Of a stretch of DNA of 64,000 nucleotides, positions 1 through 8,292 are shown piece after piece. A program made the position numbers and the translations under genes. The stretch is taken from positions 448,001 to 512,000 of the forward strand of contig JBKAGP010000001.1 of assembly GCA_046290465.1 (NCBI GenBank). The letters are read 5' to 3'. This stretch comes from Planctomycetota bacterium. GTDB taxonomy: Bacteria > Planctomycetota > UBA1135 > UBA2386. The notes under the pieces are model-generated. The model made no database searches, was not told the DNA's origin, and was given only the letters and a program-made list of their open reading frames with translations. Every line of letters starts with the position of its first letter. The stretch's first letter is position 1.

Positions 1-1848
1 CTGGCCGCGCAGCGCGACGGTCGCGCGGCGCAGGTGTCGCACGGCCTCCTCCTCGTCCGGATCGCCCGCCTCGAACAGCTCGGCGACGGCCTGGTCGACG
101 CGATCGGCCCAGTCCTGCAGCGCGTGCGGCTGGCGCAGCGCCGCGACCTGCGCGAACAGCACGCGCGTGAAGGCGACGAAGCGGGCCAGCAGCTCGGCGC
201 GCGCCTCGGTGGTGTCGCCGACCGGAGCGCGGCCGCAGACGAGTTCGTCGAGCGGGCCGGTCAGCGTGCCGAGCAGCAGCCGTTCGAGGCCCGGCCGCCA
301 GGCGTTGTCGTCGAAGGCCGGCAGCTCGAAGTGCTCGCGGCGGCTGTCGCCGTCGAGGCCCCAGCGGATGCCGGCCTCGCGGCACAGGTGGCGCACGACC
401 GGCACGTCGCTCGGGAACAGGCCGAAGCGACGTTGGATCGCCGGCGTCTCGAGCAGATGCAGCACCTCGGCCAGCGTCAGCCGCGTGCGGGCCAGCTCCA
501 GCACCTGCAGCAGCGCGCGGCAGATCGGCAGTTCGCGCGCCGGGTGCCGGTCGGCGAGGTGGAACGGCAGGCGGTGCTGCAGCGGGCCGAACACCGCGTG
601 CGCGTAGGGCGCATAGCGATCGACGTCGGGCACCAGCACCATCACGTCGCGTGGCTGCAGCGTCGGGTCGGCGTCGAACGCCGCGCAGATCTGGTCGCGC
701 ACGACCTCGAGCTCGCGCTGCGGGCTGTGGCAGTCGTGGATGCGCAGGCTGTCGTCGTCGGCCCGCAGCACGAACGGCGCGGCGTCCCGTTCGCCGCGGT
801 CGAACGCCTGCACGAGATCCTGCTGCAGGCACGCCAGCAGCGTGTCGGGCACCCGGTCGTCGTCGACGAACGTGTCGAGCGGGTGTTGCTCGACCGGCAC
901 GTCGTGGTCCGAGCGCTCCTCGAGGTCGACCAGCATGCCCTGGAAGTCGCGGCTCTCGGCGCCGAACCGCGCCAGCAGCGCGTTGTCGCCGCTGCGCTTG
1001 CTGCGTTCGCGCAGGTCGCCGACGAAGTGCGGGGTCGGCTGCGGCACGAACAAGTGCACGTCGATGCGGTGGCCGATGCGGTGCAGCACGTCGAGGAAGG
1101 CCGGCGGCATGGTCGTGGTGCCGAACACCCAGAGCCTCGGCGGCAGGTGCTGGCGGCACCAGGCCTGGTCGTCGAGCCGCGCCCGCAGCGACGCGATCCG
1201 GTGGGCCTGCTCGCACGACGGCGGCGGCGGCGGTTCGGCCAGCTCGGCGAACAGCAGCGGCGTCGCGTCGTCGCCGCGGCGGGAACGGTCCTTCTTCTGG
1301 TCGGGCAGCTCGAGGCCGGCGTCGGCCAGCAGCGCGCGCCACAGCCGGGCCTGCCACGGGGCGTGCTCGGACAGCGCCTTGTGGTCGTCGCCGCGCGCGA
1401 ACGCGTCGAGCAGGTCGTCGCGGTAGAGCTGGTAGTCGTCGAAGCACGCGCTGAGCCGCGTGCACAGCTGCAGCCGCTTGCGGCCGTCGTGGTCGTTCTC
1501 GATGTAGTCGCTGGCGGCGCCGAAGCGGTCCTTGTCGGCGGTGGCCTTGCTGCGCTCGCCGAGCAGCCGCCAGAGTCGCCAGACCAGCACCTCGCGCGCG
1601 AACGGGTCGCCGTCGGGCCCCGACGGCTCGGTCAGCTGGTGCAGCCACGCGCCGAGGAACGGCGTCTCGACGCCGGCGGCGATGCCCAGCCGTTCGGCGA
1701 GCCGCAGCTCGAGCCAGCGCGCGATGCCCTGGCCCGGAACCAGGATGGTCTCGGTGGCCATCGGGTCCGCCGGCGACGACGCCAGCTGTTCGCACAGCGC
1801 GTCGAACAACGCCTCGAGTCGGTGCCCCGTGATGACCGTTACGCCCAC
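1..1848 (-). CDS. recC: Exodeoxyribonuclease V gamma subunit (5' part; runs off the window edge)
   Basis: Not in the ORF track (no stop in window). Manual translation from GTG 1848 gives MGVTVITGHRLEALFDAL...DPMATETILVPGQGIARWLELRLAERLGIAAG and later SLRIHDCHSPQRELEVVRDQI...DPTLQPRDVMVLVPDVDRYAPY, matching RecC signature segments. Confidence 0.92.
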   Translation of the reverse strand, partial: MGVTVITGHRLEALFDALCEQLASSPADPMATETILVPGQGIARWLELRLAERLGIAAGVETPFLGAWLHQLTEPSGPDGDPFAREVLVWRLWRLLGERSKATADKDRFGAASDYIENDHDGRKRLQLCTRLSACFDDYQLYRDDLLDAFARGDDHKALSEHAPWQARLWRALLADAGLELPDQKKDRSRRGDDATPLLFAELAEPPPPPSCEQAHRIASLRARLDDQAWCRQHLPPRLWVFGTTTMPPAFLDVLHRIGHRIDVHLFVPQPTPHFVGDLRERSKRSGDNALLARFGAESRDFQGMLVDLEERSDHDVPVEQHPLDTFVDDDRVPDTLLACLQQDLVQAFDRGERDAAPFVLRADDDSLRIHDCHSPQRELEVVRDQICAAFDADPTLQPRDVMVLVPDVDRYAPYAHAVFGPLQHRLPFHLADRHPARELPICRALLQVLELARTRLTLAEVLHLLETPAIQRRFGLFPSDVPVVRHLCREAGIRWGLDGDSRREHFELPAFDDNAWRPGLERLLLGTLTGPLDELVCGRAPVGDTTEARAELLARFVAFTRVLFAQVAALRQPHALQDWADRVDQAVAELFEAGDPDEEEAVRHLRRATVALRGQ

Positions 1849-1889
1849 ACGGCGAACCTAGCAGGGCGGCCGGTGCGTGTCATCCACAG

Positions 1890-3833
1890 TCAATGCCCAC
1901 CGCAGCAGCCGCCGTCGCTCGAAGGGTCTGCAGGTTCGGTGCCGGCAGCGTCGTGGTTCGCACCAGGGTCGCCGTGGTGATGGTGGTGGTGAGGATGGTG
2001 GCCGTGGCCATGGTCGTCGCCGCCTGGTCCGACGTTGGCGGGCGACTCGAACAGCCGTTCGAGGAATGGCCGCACGCCCTGGCGCAGCAGCGACCAGCCG
2101 AACACCGCGGCGAGCAGCCACAGCCACAGCCACGCGGTGGTCGAGGCGTGCGCGTGTTCGGAGAACGCCGCCATGTCGGGCACCGAGACCAGCCAGTTGG
2201 CGACGTAGCCGAGGCCGACCGCGCCGATCCACATCGACAGCGCGAACACCAGCGCGGTGCGCGTGCCGTGCAGCCGCGCCAGCACGCCGAACGTGGTGAC
2301 GTTGGTCGCCGGGCCGGTCAGCAGCAGCGCCAGCACCGCGCCGGGCGACAGGCCCTGCACCAGCAGCATCGCGGCGAGCGGCGTGCTGCCGGTCGCGCAG
2401 ACGTACAGCGGCAGGCCGATCAGCGCCGCGATCGGCACGTCGATGCCGGCCGGCAGCGACGCGATCCAGTCGCGGTCGACGTAGGGCATCAGCATCGCCG
2501 ACAGCAGCAGGCCGGTGAGGATCCAGGTCGCGGTGCTGTCGACCGCCGGGCCGTAGCCGAACCGGACGGCGGTCTTGAGGCGCCCGAGCAGGCCGGTGGC
2601 CTGTCCCGACGGCATCGTGCAGCAGTCTTCGCTGGCGGCGGCTGTATCGACCTTGCGGGCCCGCGCGAACGAGGCGACCAGCACGCCGACGGTGAGCGCC
2701 AGCGCGGCGGCCATACCGGCGCGGACCAGCGCGACTTCGCCGCCCATCAGCTGCCAGGTCAGCATCACCGCGGCCAGTTCGAGTTCGGGCGTGGCGACCA
2801 GGAACGCGATCGCCGCCGCGACGGCGGCGCCCTGCTTGATCAGCTCGCGGTAGATCGGCACGACGCCGCACGAGCAGACCGGCAGCGGCAGGCCGACGGC
2901 GACGCCGCGCAGCGCCTGCGACAGGCGCGAGCCGCGGGTCAGCGACTGCAGCCAGTTGGCCGGCAGGAACGCGTGGCACAGTCCGACCAGGAAGTATGCG
3001 AACAGCAGCGCCGGCGCGGACTCGAGCGCGAGCTGGGTGAAGACCTGCAGCGGGCCGCCGTGCTCGCTCTCGGGGAAGTGGTCGTGGATGACGAACCACA
3101 GCACCGCGACGCCGAGTGCGGCGCCGACCACCGAGGCGGGGCGGAGGCGGCTCTGTTCGCGCGGTGCAGGGATGTGGGCGTGCAGCACGACGTGCAGCAG
3201 CGAGCCGACCAGCAGCGACTGCAGCAGCGCCAGCGCGTTCTGCGAGTCCTCGGTCAGCACCTGGCCGCCGAGGAAGTAGCCGAACAGGGTCGCGCCGACG
3301 CTGGCTGCGGTGATCAGGATCGCGGCGCGCACCCCGAGGGTTCGCGGCACGATCCACCAGATGCCGAGGCCCTCGGGGATGCGGTGCAGGATCACGGCCC
3401 ACGCGGTCAGTTCGTGGGTGCCGGCGTGTTGGTGGCCTTCGTGGGCGCGGCCGCCGGCCTCGAGGAACAGGCCGTCGAGCGTTGCGTGCGCGGCGATGCC
3501 GAACACGGCCAGCAGGATCACCGTCTTGCGCATGCCCTCGTGGCCGTGGTGGATCGTGCGTTCGGCGATCGACGGCAGCACGAATCCGAACAGCGCCAGC
3601 GGCAGCACCAGCCAGCCGGCCTGTTCGGCCGACTCGGGCAGCAGGTGCAGCAGCGCGAAGCCGCTGATCGTGATCAGGCAGAAGCTGTCGAGCGCGACGG
3701 TCGACCACGCGTGGCTGCGCAGCAGGTAGACCATCAGCGGCCCCGCACACAGCGCCAGGAAGCCGAGCGCCAGATACCACTCCGACGACAGCGTCGCCGG
3801 CACGGCCGGCCAGAGCATGGAGAACGACAGCAA
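1890..3833 (-). CDS. Metal transporter fusion: N-terminal ZIP-like domain + ArsP/SO_0444-type permease, His/Cys-rich tail
   Basis: ZIP-type HATLDG...HRIPEG motifs; permease motifs LPVCSCGVVP and PLYVCATGSTP; tail HGHGHHPHHHHHH...GGCCGGH. Start is TTG 3833 or ATG 3818. Confidence 0.8.
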   Translation of the reverse strand: MLSFSMLWPAVPATLSSEWYLALGFLALCAGPLMVYLLRSHAWSTVALDSFCLITISGFALLHLLPESAEQAGWLVLPLALFGFVLPSIAERTIHHGHEGMRKTVILLAVFGIAAHATLDGLFLEAGGRAHEGHQHAGTHELTAWAVILHRIPEGLGIWWIVPRTLGVRAAILITAASVGATLFGYFLGGQVLTEDSQNALALLQSLLVGSLLHVVLHAHIPAPREQSRLRPASVVGAALGVAVLWFVIHDHFPESEHGGPLQVFTQLALESAPALLFAYFLVGLCHAFLPANWLQSLTRGSRLSQALRGVAVGLPLPVCSCGVVPIYRELIKQGAAVAAAIAFLVATPELELAAVMLTWQLMGGEVALVRAGMAAALALTVGVLVASFARARKVDTAAASEDCCTMPSGQATGLLGRLKTAVRFGYGPAVDSTATWILTGLLLSAMLMPYVDRDWIASLPAGIDVPIAALIGLPLYVCATGSTPLAAMLLVQGLSPGAVLALLLTGPATNVTTFGVLARLHGTRTALVFALSMWIGAVGLGYVANWLVSVPDMAAFSEHAHASTTAWLWLWLLAAVFGWSLLRQGVRPFLERLFESPANVGPGGDDHGHGHHPHHHHHHGDPGANHDAAGTEPADPSSDGGCCGGH

Positions 3834-3840
3834 AGCGCCG

Positions 3841-3875
3841 GCAGGTTAGGCCAAGCGCCCGCCCCGTTCTAGTTC
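3841..3875 (-). promoter_or_regulatory. Conserved upstream motif GAACT-N16-TTGGCCTAACCTGC (copy 1, before the permease)
   Basis: Same motif and spacing recur at 5001-5035. Confidence 0.55.
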
Positions 3876-3879
3876 ACGA

Positions 3880-3960
3880 AGGTTGCCGTACGGTACCTGG
3901 TTCATCCTCCAACGCGCTCGCGAACGCTGGCAGGATGAACCAGGTACCGTACGGCAACCT
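3880..3960. repeat. Perfect 29-bp inverted repeat (terminator/REP-like hairpin)
   Basis: Arms 3880-3908 and 3932-3960 are exact reverse complements with a 23-nt spacer, starting at the sigma factor stop codon. Confidence 0.85.
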
Positions 3961-4478
3961 CAGGACAGGGCTGCTTCGATGGTGGCGCGGGCTCGGTGGA
4001 GGCGCGAACGCACGGTGCCGATCGGCAGGCCGAGGCGGTCGGCGACGCCGGCGTAGTCGAGGCCGGTGCGCTCGTACAGTTCGAAGGCCTCGCGCTGCGG
4101 GCGGGGCAGCGTGTCCAGGGCACGGTGCAGGCGCTCGGCGGTCTCGTGCGCGACGGCGACGTGCAGCGGGTTGTCACAGCCCTGGTGCAGGTCGCAGTCG
4201 TGCGAGGCGACGTGCTCGTGGTGGCGACGCCGGCGGGCGGTGCGGCGGAGGTGGCGGCTGCGCAGCACGACGGCGCGCACCAGCCAGGCGCGCGCGTTCT
4301 GCGGCCGCTCGGCCTCGCGCCAGAGCGCGACCAGCGCTTCCTGCACGGCGTCGTCGGCGAGGTGGTTGCAGCCGAGCAGGCGGCGTGCGACCGCGCGAAC
4401 GGCCGGCAGGTGCGGGGTGGGATCGGGGAGGTGCGCGGGCGCCGCGGTGGCGGCGTCGGGCGGGGCGACGTGGGTCAT
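3960..4478 (-). CDS. ECF-family RNA polymerase sigma factor with His/Cys-rich linker
   Basis: Region 2 (ADDAVQEALVALW...AWL) and region 4 (LPRPQREAFEL...YAGVADRLGLPIGTVRSRLHRAR); linker HHEHVASHDCDLHQGCDNPLH. C-terminal part of ORF 3960..6137. Confidence 0.9.
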   Translation of the reverse strand: MTHVAPPDAATAAPAHLPDPTPHLPAVRAVARRLLGCNHLADDAVQEALVALWREAERPQNARAWLVRAVVLRSRHLRRTARRRRHHEHVASHDCDLHQGCDNPLHVAVAHETAERLHRALDTLPRPQREAFELYERTGLDYAGVADRLGLPIGTVRSRLHRARATIEAALS

Positions 4479-4566
4479 CGGAACGGAACAGATGCGGGTC
4501 TCGGCACAGCGCGGGGCTGCGGGCGGCACACCGGACGAGGCGGCGGGCCGCGCGGGATACGAGGAC

Positions 4567-4992
4567 TCAGACCGTTCGGTACGAGGGCGCGCGCGGCGGC
4601 GGCCGCACGCAGGTGGCGTCGACGTCGGCTTCGATGCAGATGGTGCGGAGCGGCGCCGCCGCGAGCGGGCCCGCGGGCACGACGACGACCGCGAGCGGGG
4701 CGCCGCCCGGACTCTGGTCCTCGAGCTGGCACGCCAGGCACGTCGAGCACGGCTCGCCGTCGTCCGGCTGGTGCTCGCCATTCGGATCGAGATCGCCCGA
4801 ATCCAGAGCACCCGAATCCACGTCATCGGCGTCGGTATGCACCACGCCGCACGCGCACACCTCGACCCCGCATGCCGCGCGGTGGTGGCAGTCGTGGCCA
4901 CCGTGCAGCAGCGGCAGCACCAGACGCAGGCACATCGCCAGCAGCGCTGCGAGCGCGGCGAGGCGGAGCTGGAATGGCGTGCGGCGGGACAT
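4567..4992 (-). CDS. DUF2946/CruR-like small protein (hydrophobic N-terminus, His/Cys-rich, CxxC, C-terminal PPRAP)
   Basis: MSRRTPFQLRLAALAALLAMCLRLVLPLLHGGHDCHH...CSTCLACQ...RPPPRAPSYRTV. Confidence 0.7.
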   Translation of the reverse strand: MSRRTPFQLRLAALAALLAMCLRLVLPLLHGGHDCHHRAACGVEVCACGVVHTDADDVDSGALDSGDLDPNGEHQPDDGEPCSTCLACQLEDQSPGGAPLAVVVVPAGPLAAAPLRTICIEADVDATCVRPPPRAPSYRTV

Positions 4993-5000
4993 CGAGCGAC

Positions 5001-5035
5001 GCACGTTATGCCAAATCCCGCGCACCCGCCAGTTC
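5001..5035 (-). promoter_or_regulatory. Conserved upstream motif GAACT-N16-TTGGCATAACGTGC (copy 2, before the DUF2946-like gene)
   Basis: Matches 3841-3875 at 5/5 and 12/14 positions with an identical 16-nt spacer length. Confidence 0.55.
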
Positions 5036-5059
5036 TGCCGAGCGCAAAGGGCGCCGCGG

Positions 5060-5746
5060 TCAGGAAGCCGCGGCAGCCGCCTCCTGCTGGGAGCGACGCA
5101 TCCGGCCGGCGTGTTCGGCGACCTTGGCGATCATCCGGCGCGCGCGCGCCTCGATGACGTCCCAGCGGCGCCGCTGGAGGTCGGTCGGCTCGAACAGCGA
5201 GCCGACGAAGCCGATCCCGAAGCTGCCGGCGTCCAGCCACTGCTCGCAGTTCTCCTCGGTGACGCCGTGCGTCGGGAAGATCCGCAAGAACGGCATCGGG
5301 CCGCGGATCGCCTTGACGAACTGCGCGCCGTTGGCCGGCCCCGGGAACAGCTTGACCATGTCGGCGCCGGCCTTGTGCGCGGTCATCATCTCGGTCGGCG
5401 TCAGCGTGCCCGGGATCGAGACCAGGTCGTGCTGGCGCGCGAACGTGATCATCTGCGGGTCGGTGACCGGCGAGACCAGGAACTGCGCGCCGGCGGCGAC
5501 CGCGTTCTTGGCGTCTTCGAGCGTCAGCACCGTGCCGGCTCCGACGACGAGGTCGGGCTGCTCGCGCAGCGCGGCGACATGGTCGAGCGCGTTGGGCGTC
5601 GTCAGCGTCACCTCGACGATGCGGAAGCCGCCGCGCACGGTTGCGTCGAGTGCGGGGCGCACCGCGGTCGGGTCGTCGGTGCGCAGGATCGCCGAGCAAC
5701 GGTGCGCGGCGAAGGAGTCGAGAACGGCAGCACGGGGGGAGAGCAT
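5060..5746 (-). CDS. eda: KHG/KDPG aldolase
   Basis: EVTLTTP, VGAGTVL, GAQFLVSP, PGTLTPTE and VKLFP (Schiff-base Lys) motifs. Confidence 0.9.
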   Translation of the reverse strand: MLSPRAAVLDSFAAHRCSAILRTDDPTAVRPALDATVRGGFRIVEVTLTTPNALDHVAALREQPDLVVGAGTVLTLEDAKNAVAAGAQFLVSPVTDPQMITFARQHDLVSIPGTLTPTEMMTAHKAGADMVKLFPGPANGAQFVKAIRGPMPFLRIFPTHGVTEENCEQWLDAGSFGIGFVGSLFEPTDLQRRRWDVIEARARRMIAKVAEHAGRMRRSQQEAAAAAS

Positions 5747-5916
5747 GGTCCGGCCTTGGTTCGGAGTACGAGGACGTAGAGACGGCATGATGGCCGAGCG
5801 CGCTGCGCGAAGCGAGGGGGCACGTGCGCGTTGTTTGCGTCGACAACTTTCCACATGTGGAAGGATGGTGGATGCCGTGCCGTGCGCGATGCGCGGTCCG
5901 GCAGTAGCCTGCTCGC

Positions 5917-7299
5917 GTGCAACGACCCTCCGCCAGCGTGCGCCTACTGCTCGCCGCCTGCCTGCTCGTGTGTGTCGGCCCGACGCCGGCGCAGGGCGCG
6001 ATCCCGATCGGCGACCCCGAAGGCCTGCCCGCGAAGCGGCGTGAGGTCGAACGGCACGGCATCACCTGGACGTTCGACAAGCCGTACGTCGTCGGCGCGT
6101 TCGCCAACGGTGATCCGTGGGTGATCGGGCCGGTCAAGGTGGTGGCGATCAGCCCGGAGACGACCGTCGAGGACGGCCGCGCGTTGCACGGCTCGATGGT
6201 CGATCCCGATCCGTCGACCGAGAACCAGGGCTACGACGGCGGCCTCTACGGCAACGGCACCAACGAACGTTACGTCGCGAAGCTCAACGTCGCGGTCGGC
6301 CTGTCCGCGAAGGCGCCGCTGCGGCTGCAGGCCGGCCAGAGCCTGGTCTCGGTCGAGAGCCGGCCGAAGACCGACGCGCCGCCGACGCTGCTGCGCGCGT
6401 CGGTGTTGACGGTGCTGGCGCGAAAGCCCGCGCCCGATGCCTTCCGGCCGCCGTACGTGAAGGGGGACGCCGCGACCAAGAAGCCGCGCTTCCGGGTCGC
6501 CGATCTCGACTTCCGCGCGCTGCAGAAGCTCGCTCCGGTCGGCGACGTGCCGCTGATCGAATCGGTCACGCGGCGGTTCGAGAAGCTGTGGCTCGACCAC
6601 GTGCCGGCGTGGGTCGCGCGCTACATGCACCCGCTCGAGAACATGCCCGACTACGGTCGCGACATCGCCGCGTTGGTCGGCAGCGCCGGGCTGATGCTCA
6701 ACCTCGACCTGCCGAAGAAGCGCAAGCAGGAGCTGTTGGTGCACTTCACGCAGCTCGGCATCGACAACCACGCCAAGCTGCTCGCCGGCTGCCGCTGGCA
6801 CGGCCTCGGCGGCCACGGCCACGGTCGCAAGCTGCCGATCCTGGTGGCCGGCCGCGTGCTCGGCGACGAGCGCATGCTGGCGGTCGGCAAGGACTACGTC
6901 AGCAAGCCGAAGCAGGCCGGCGGCAACGGCGGTTGGTTCGGCGAGGACACGCAGACGTTCTACGTGCGACGCACCGGCGACCGCGAGTGGAACTGGGGCT
7001 TTGGCAACTACACCGAAGAACACGAGGACCTGCCCGAATGGGGCTTCGCGCACGCCGACTCGCCGGACCGCGACGACCACCGCTGGGAGGGCAATCCCTA
7101 CCGTCGCTGCTGCACGGCCAATGGCTGGGTGGCGCAGTGCCTGACCGTTCGTGCGATGGGGCTGGTCGACGAGTGGAACCACCCGGCGTGGTTCGACTAC
7201 ATGGACCGCTACCAGCAGCACGAGCACGCCGAGGACTGGCACCGCAGCTGGGTGCCGTGGCACCCCGCGATGTGGGCGGCCTACCGCGACAAGTTCTGA
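5917..7299 (+). CDS. Secreted hypothetical protein, 460 aa, Trp/His/Tyr-rich
   Basis: Signal peptide ...GPTPA|QG and coding-like composition; no family recognised. Confidence 0.8.
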   Translation: MQRPSASVRLLLAACLLVCVGPTPAQGAIPIGDPEGLPAKRREVERHGITWTFDKPYVVGAFANGDPWVIGPVKVVAISPETTVEDGRALHGSMVDPDPSTENQGYDGGLYGNGTNERYVAKLNVAVGLSAKAPLRLQAGQSLVSVESRPKTDAPPTLLRASVLTVLARKPAPDAFRPPYVKGDAATKKPRFRVADLDFRALQKLAPVGDVPLIESVTRRFEKLWLDHVPAWVARYMHPLENMPDYGRDIAALVGSAGLMLNLDLPKKRKQELLVHFTQLGIDNHAKLLAGCRWHGLGGHGHGRKLPILVAGRVLGDERMLAVGKDYVSKPKQAGGNGGWFGEDTQTFYVRRTGDREWNWGFGNYTEEHEDLPEWGFAHADSPDRDDHRWEGNPYRRCCTANGWVAQCLTVRAMGLVDEWNHPAWFDYMDRYQQHEHAEDWHRSWVPWHPAMWAAYRDKF

Positions 7300-7330
7300 G
7301 GCGCGGGCGATCCGACCGAGCGGGCCGGGC

Positions 7331-8248
7331 CTACGGCGCCGCCGCTTCGTCCGAAGGTCCGCGGCCGTGCGGGTGGGCCTGGTCGTAGACGTTGCGCAGC
7401 CGGCCGATCGAGACGTGGGTGTAGATCTCGGTGGTGACCAGCCGCGCGTGGCCGAGCAGTTCTTGCACGGTGCGCAGGTCGGCGCCGCGGTCGAGCAGGT
7501 GGGTGGCGAACGAGTGGCGCAGGCCGTGCGGCGTCAGCCGGGTCTGCAGGTCGGCCTGCCTGGCGCGCGCGACCACGGTCTCGAAGATCCAGCGCGCGCT
7601 GAGCCTCGTGCCGAGCCGGTTGAGCCACAGCGCGCCGTGGTCGGTGCGGCGGTTGTCGAGCAGGATCCGGCGCCGTGCCGGCAGCCACTGCCGGATCGCG
7701 TCGAGGGCCGGACCGCCGAGCATCGCGATGCGTTCCTTGCGGCCCTTGCCGAGCACGCGCGCGGTGCCTTCGTCGAGGTCGATCGCGCGGAGCTCCATGC
7801 CGGCGCACTCGCTGACGCGGCAGCCGGTCGAATACAGCGTCTCGAGGATGGCGCGGTCGCGCAGGCCCTGTGGCGAGTCGTCGAACGGCTGCGCCAGCAG
7901 CTTGTCGACCTCGGGTGTGGTCAGGAAGCGCGGCACGCGCTTGGGCGCCTTGGGCCCCTTGATCAGCTTGGCCGGGTCCTTGTCGATGTGCTCGTGCTGG
8001 TGCAGCCACGCGAACCAGCCGCGCACGCTGGCGAGCTTGCGCTGCACGCTGGTCGCCGCCAGCCCCTGTTCTTCGAGCTCGACCAGGTAGCGGCGCAGCT
8101 GCGTGCGGCGCACCGACGTCACCGGGGTCTGCTGCTGTTCGAGCCACTGCGCGAAGCCGCGCAGGTCGGCGCCGTAGGCGCGCAGCGTCGCGGCGCTCTT
8201 CTTGCGTTCGTTCTTCAAGAACGCCAGGTACGGGTCGAGCAGTTGCAC
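7331..8248 (-). CDS. xerC: Tyrosine recombinase XerC/XerD family
   Basis: LYSTGCRVSE, GKGRKER, TPHGLRHSFATHLL, VQELLGH, TTEIYTH. Probable GTG start 8248; the ORF extends to 8275. Confidence 0.88.
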   Translation of the reverse strand: MQLLDPYLAFLKNERKKSAATLRAYGADLRGFAQWLEQQQTPVTSVRRTQLRRYLVELEEQGLAATSVQRKLASVRGWFAWLHQHEHIDKDPAKLIKGPKAPKRVPRFLTTPEVDKLLAQPFDDSPQGLRDRAILETLYSTGCRVSECAGMELRAIDLDEGTARVLGKGRKERIAMLGGPALDAIRQWLPARRRILLDNRRTDHGALWLNRLGTRLSARWIFETVVARARQADLQTRLTPHGLRHSFATHLLDRGADLRTVQELLGHARLVTTEIYTHVSIGRLRNVYDQAHPHGRGPSDEAAAP

Positions 8249-8292
8249 GTTGTGTCGGTCGCAACAGACTGGCACACTCCCGCGCCCTTTGC

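Noticed and set aside
34..1980. 648-aa + strand ORF and many other long overlapping ORFs (e.g. 10822-14016, 36786-40727, 45030-48110, 56889-60530)
   Set aside because: Antisense or off-frame shadows of recognisable genes; stop codons are rare at this GC content and the translations are Arg/Ala/Pro-rich with no motifs.
5849..5862. parS site or DnaA box cluster
   Set aside because: Half-sites are separated by 2 extra bases relative to parS, and there is no cluster of DnaA boxes or origin genes.
3960..6137. 725-aa sigma factor with a long N-terminal extension
   Set aside because: The upstream part overlaps eda and the DUF2946-like gene in other frames; only the last ~172 aa are sigma-like.
7331..8248. 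Tyrosine recombinase as the integrase of a mobile element
   Set aside because: Size and motifs fit chromosomal XerC/D; no att-like repeats, tRNA or cargo genes nearby.
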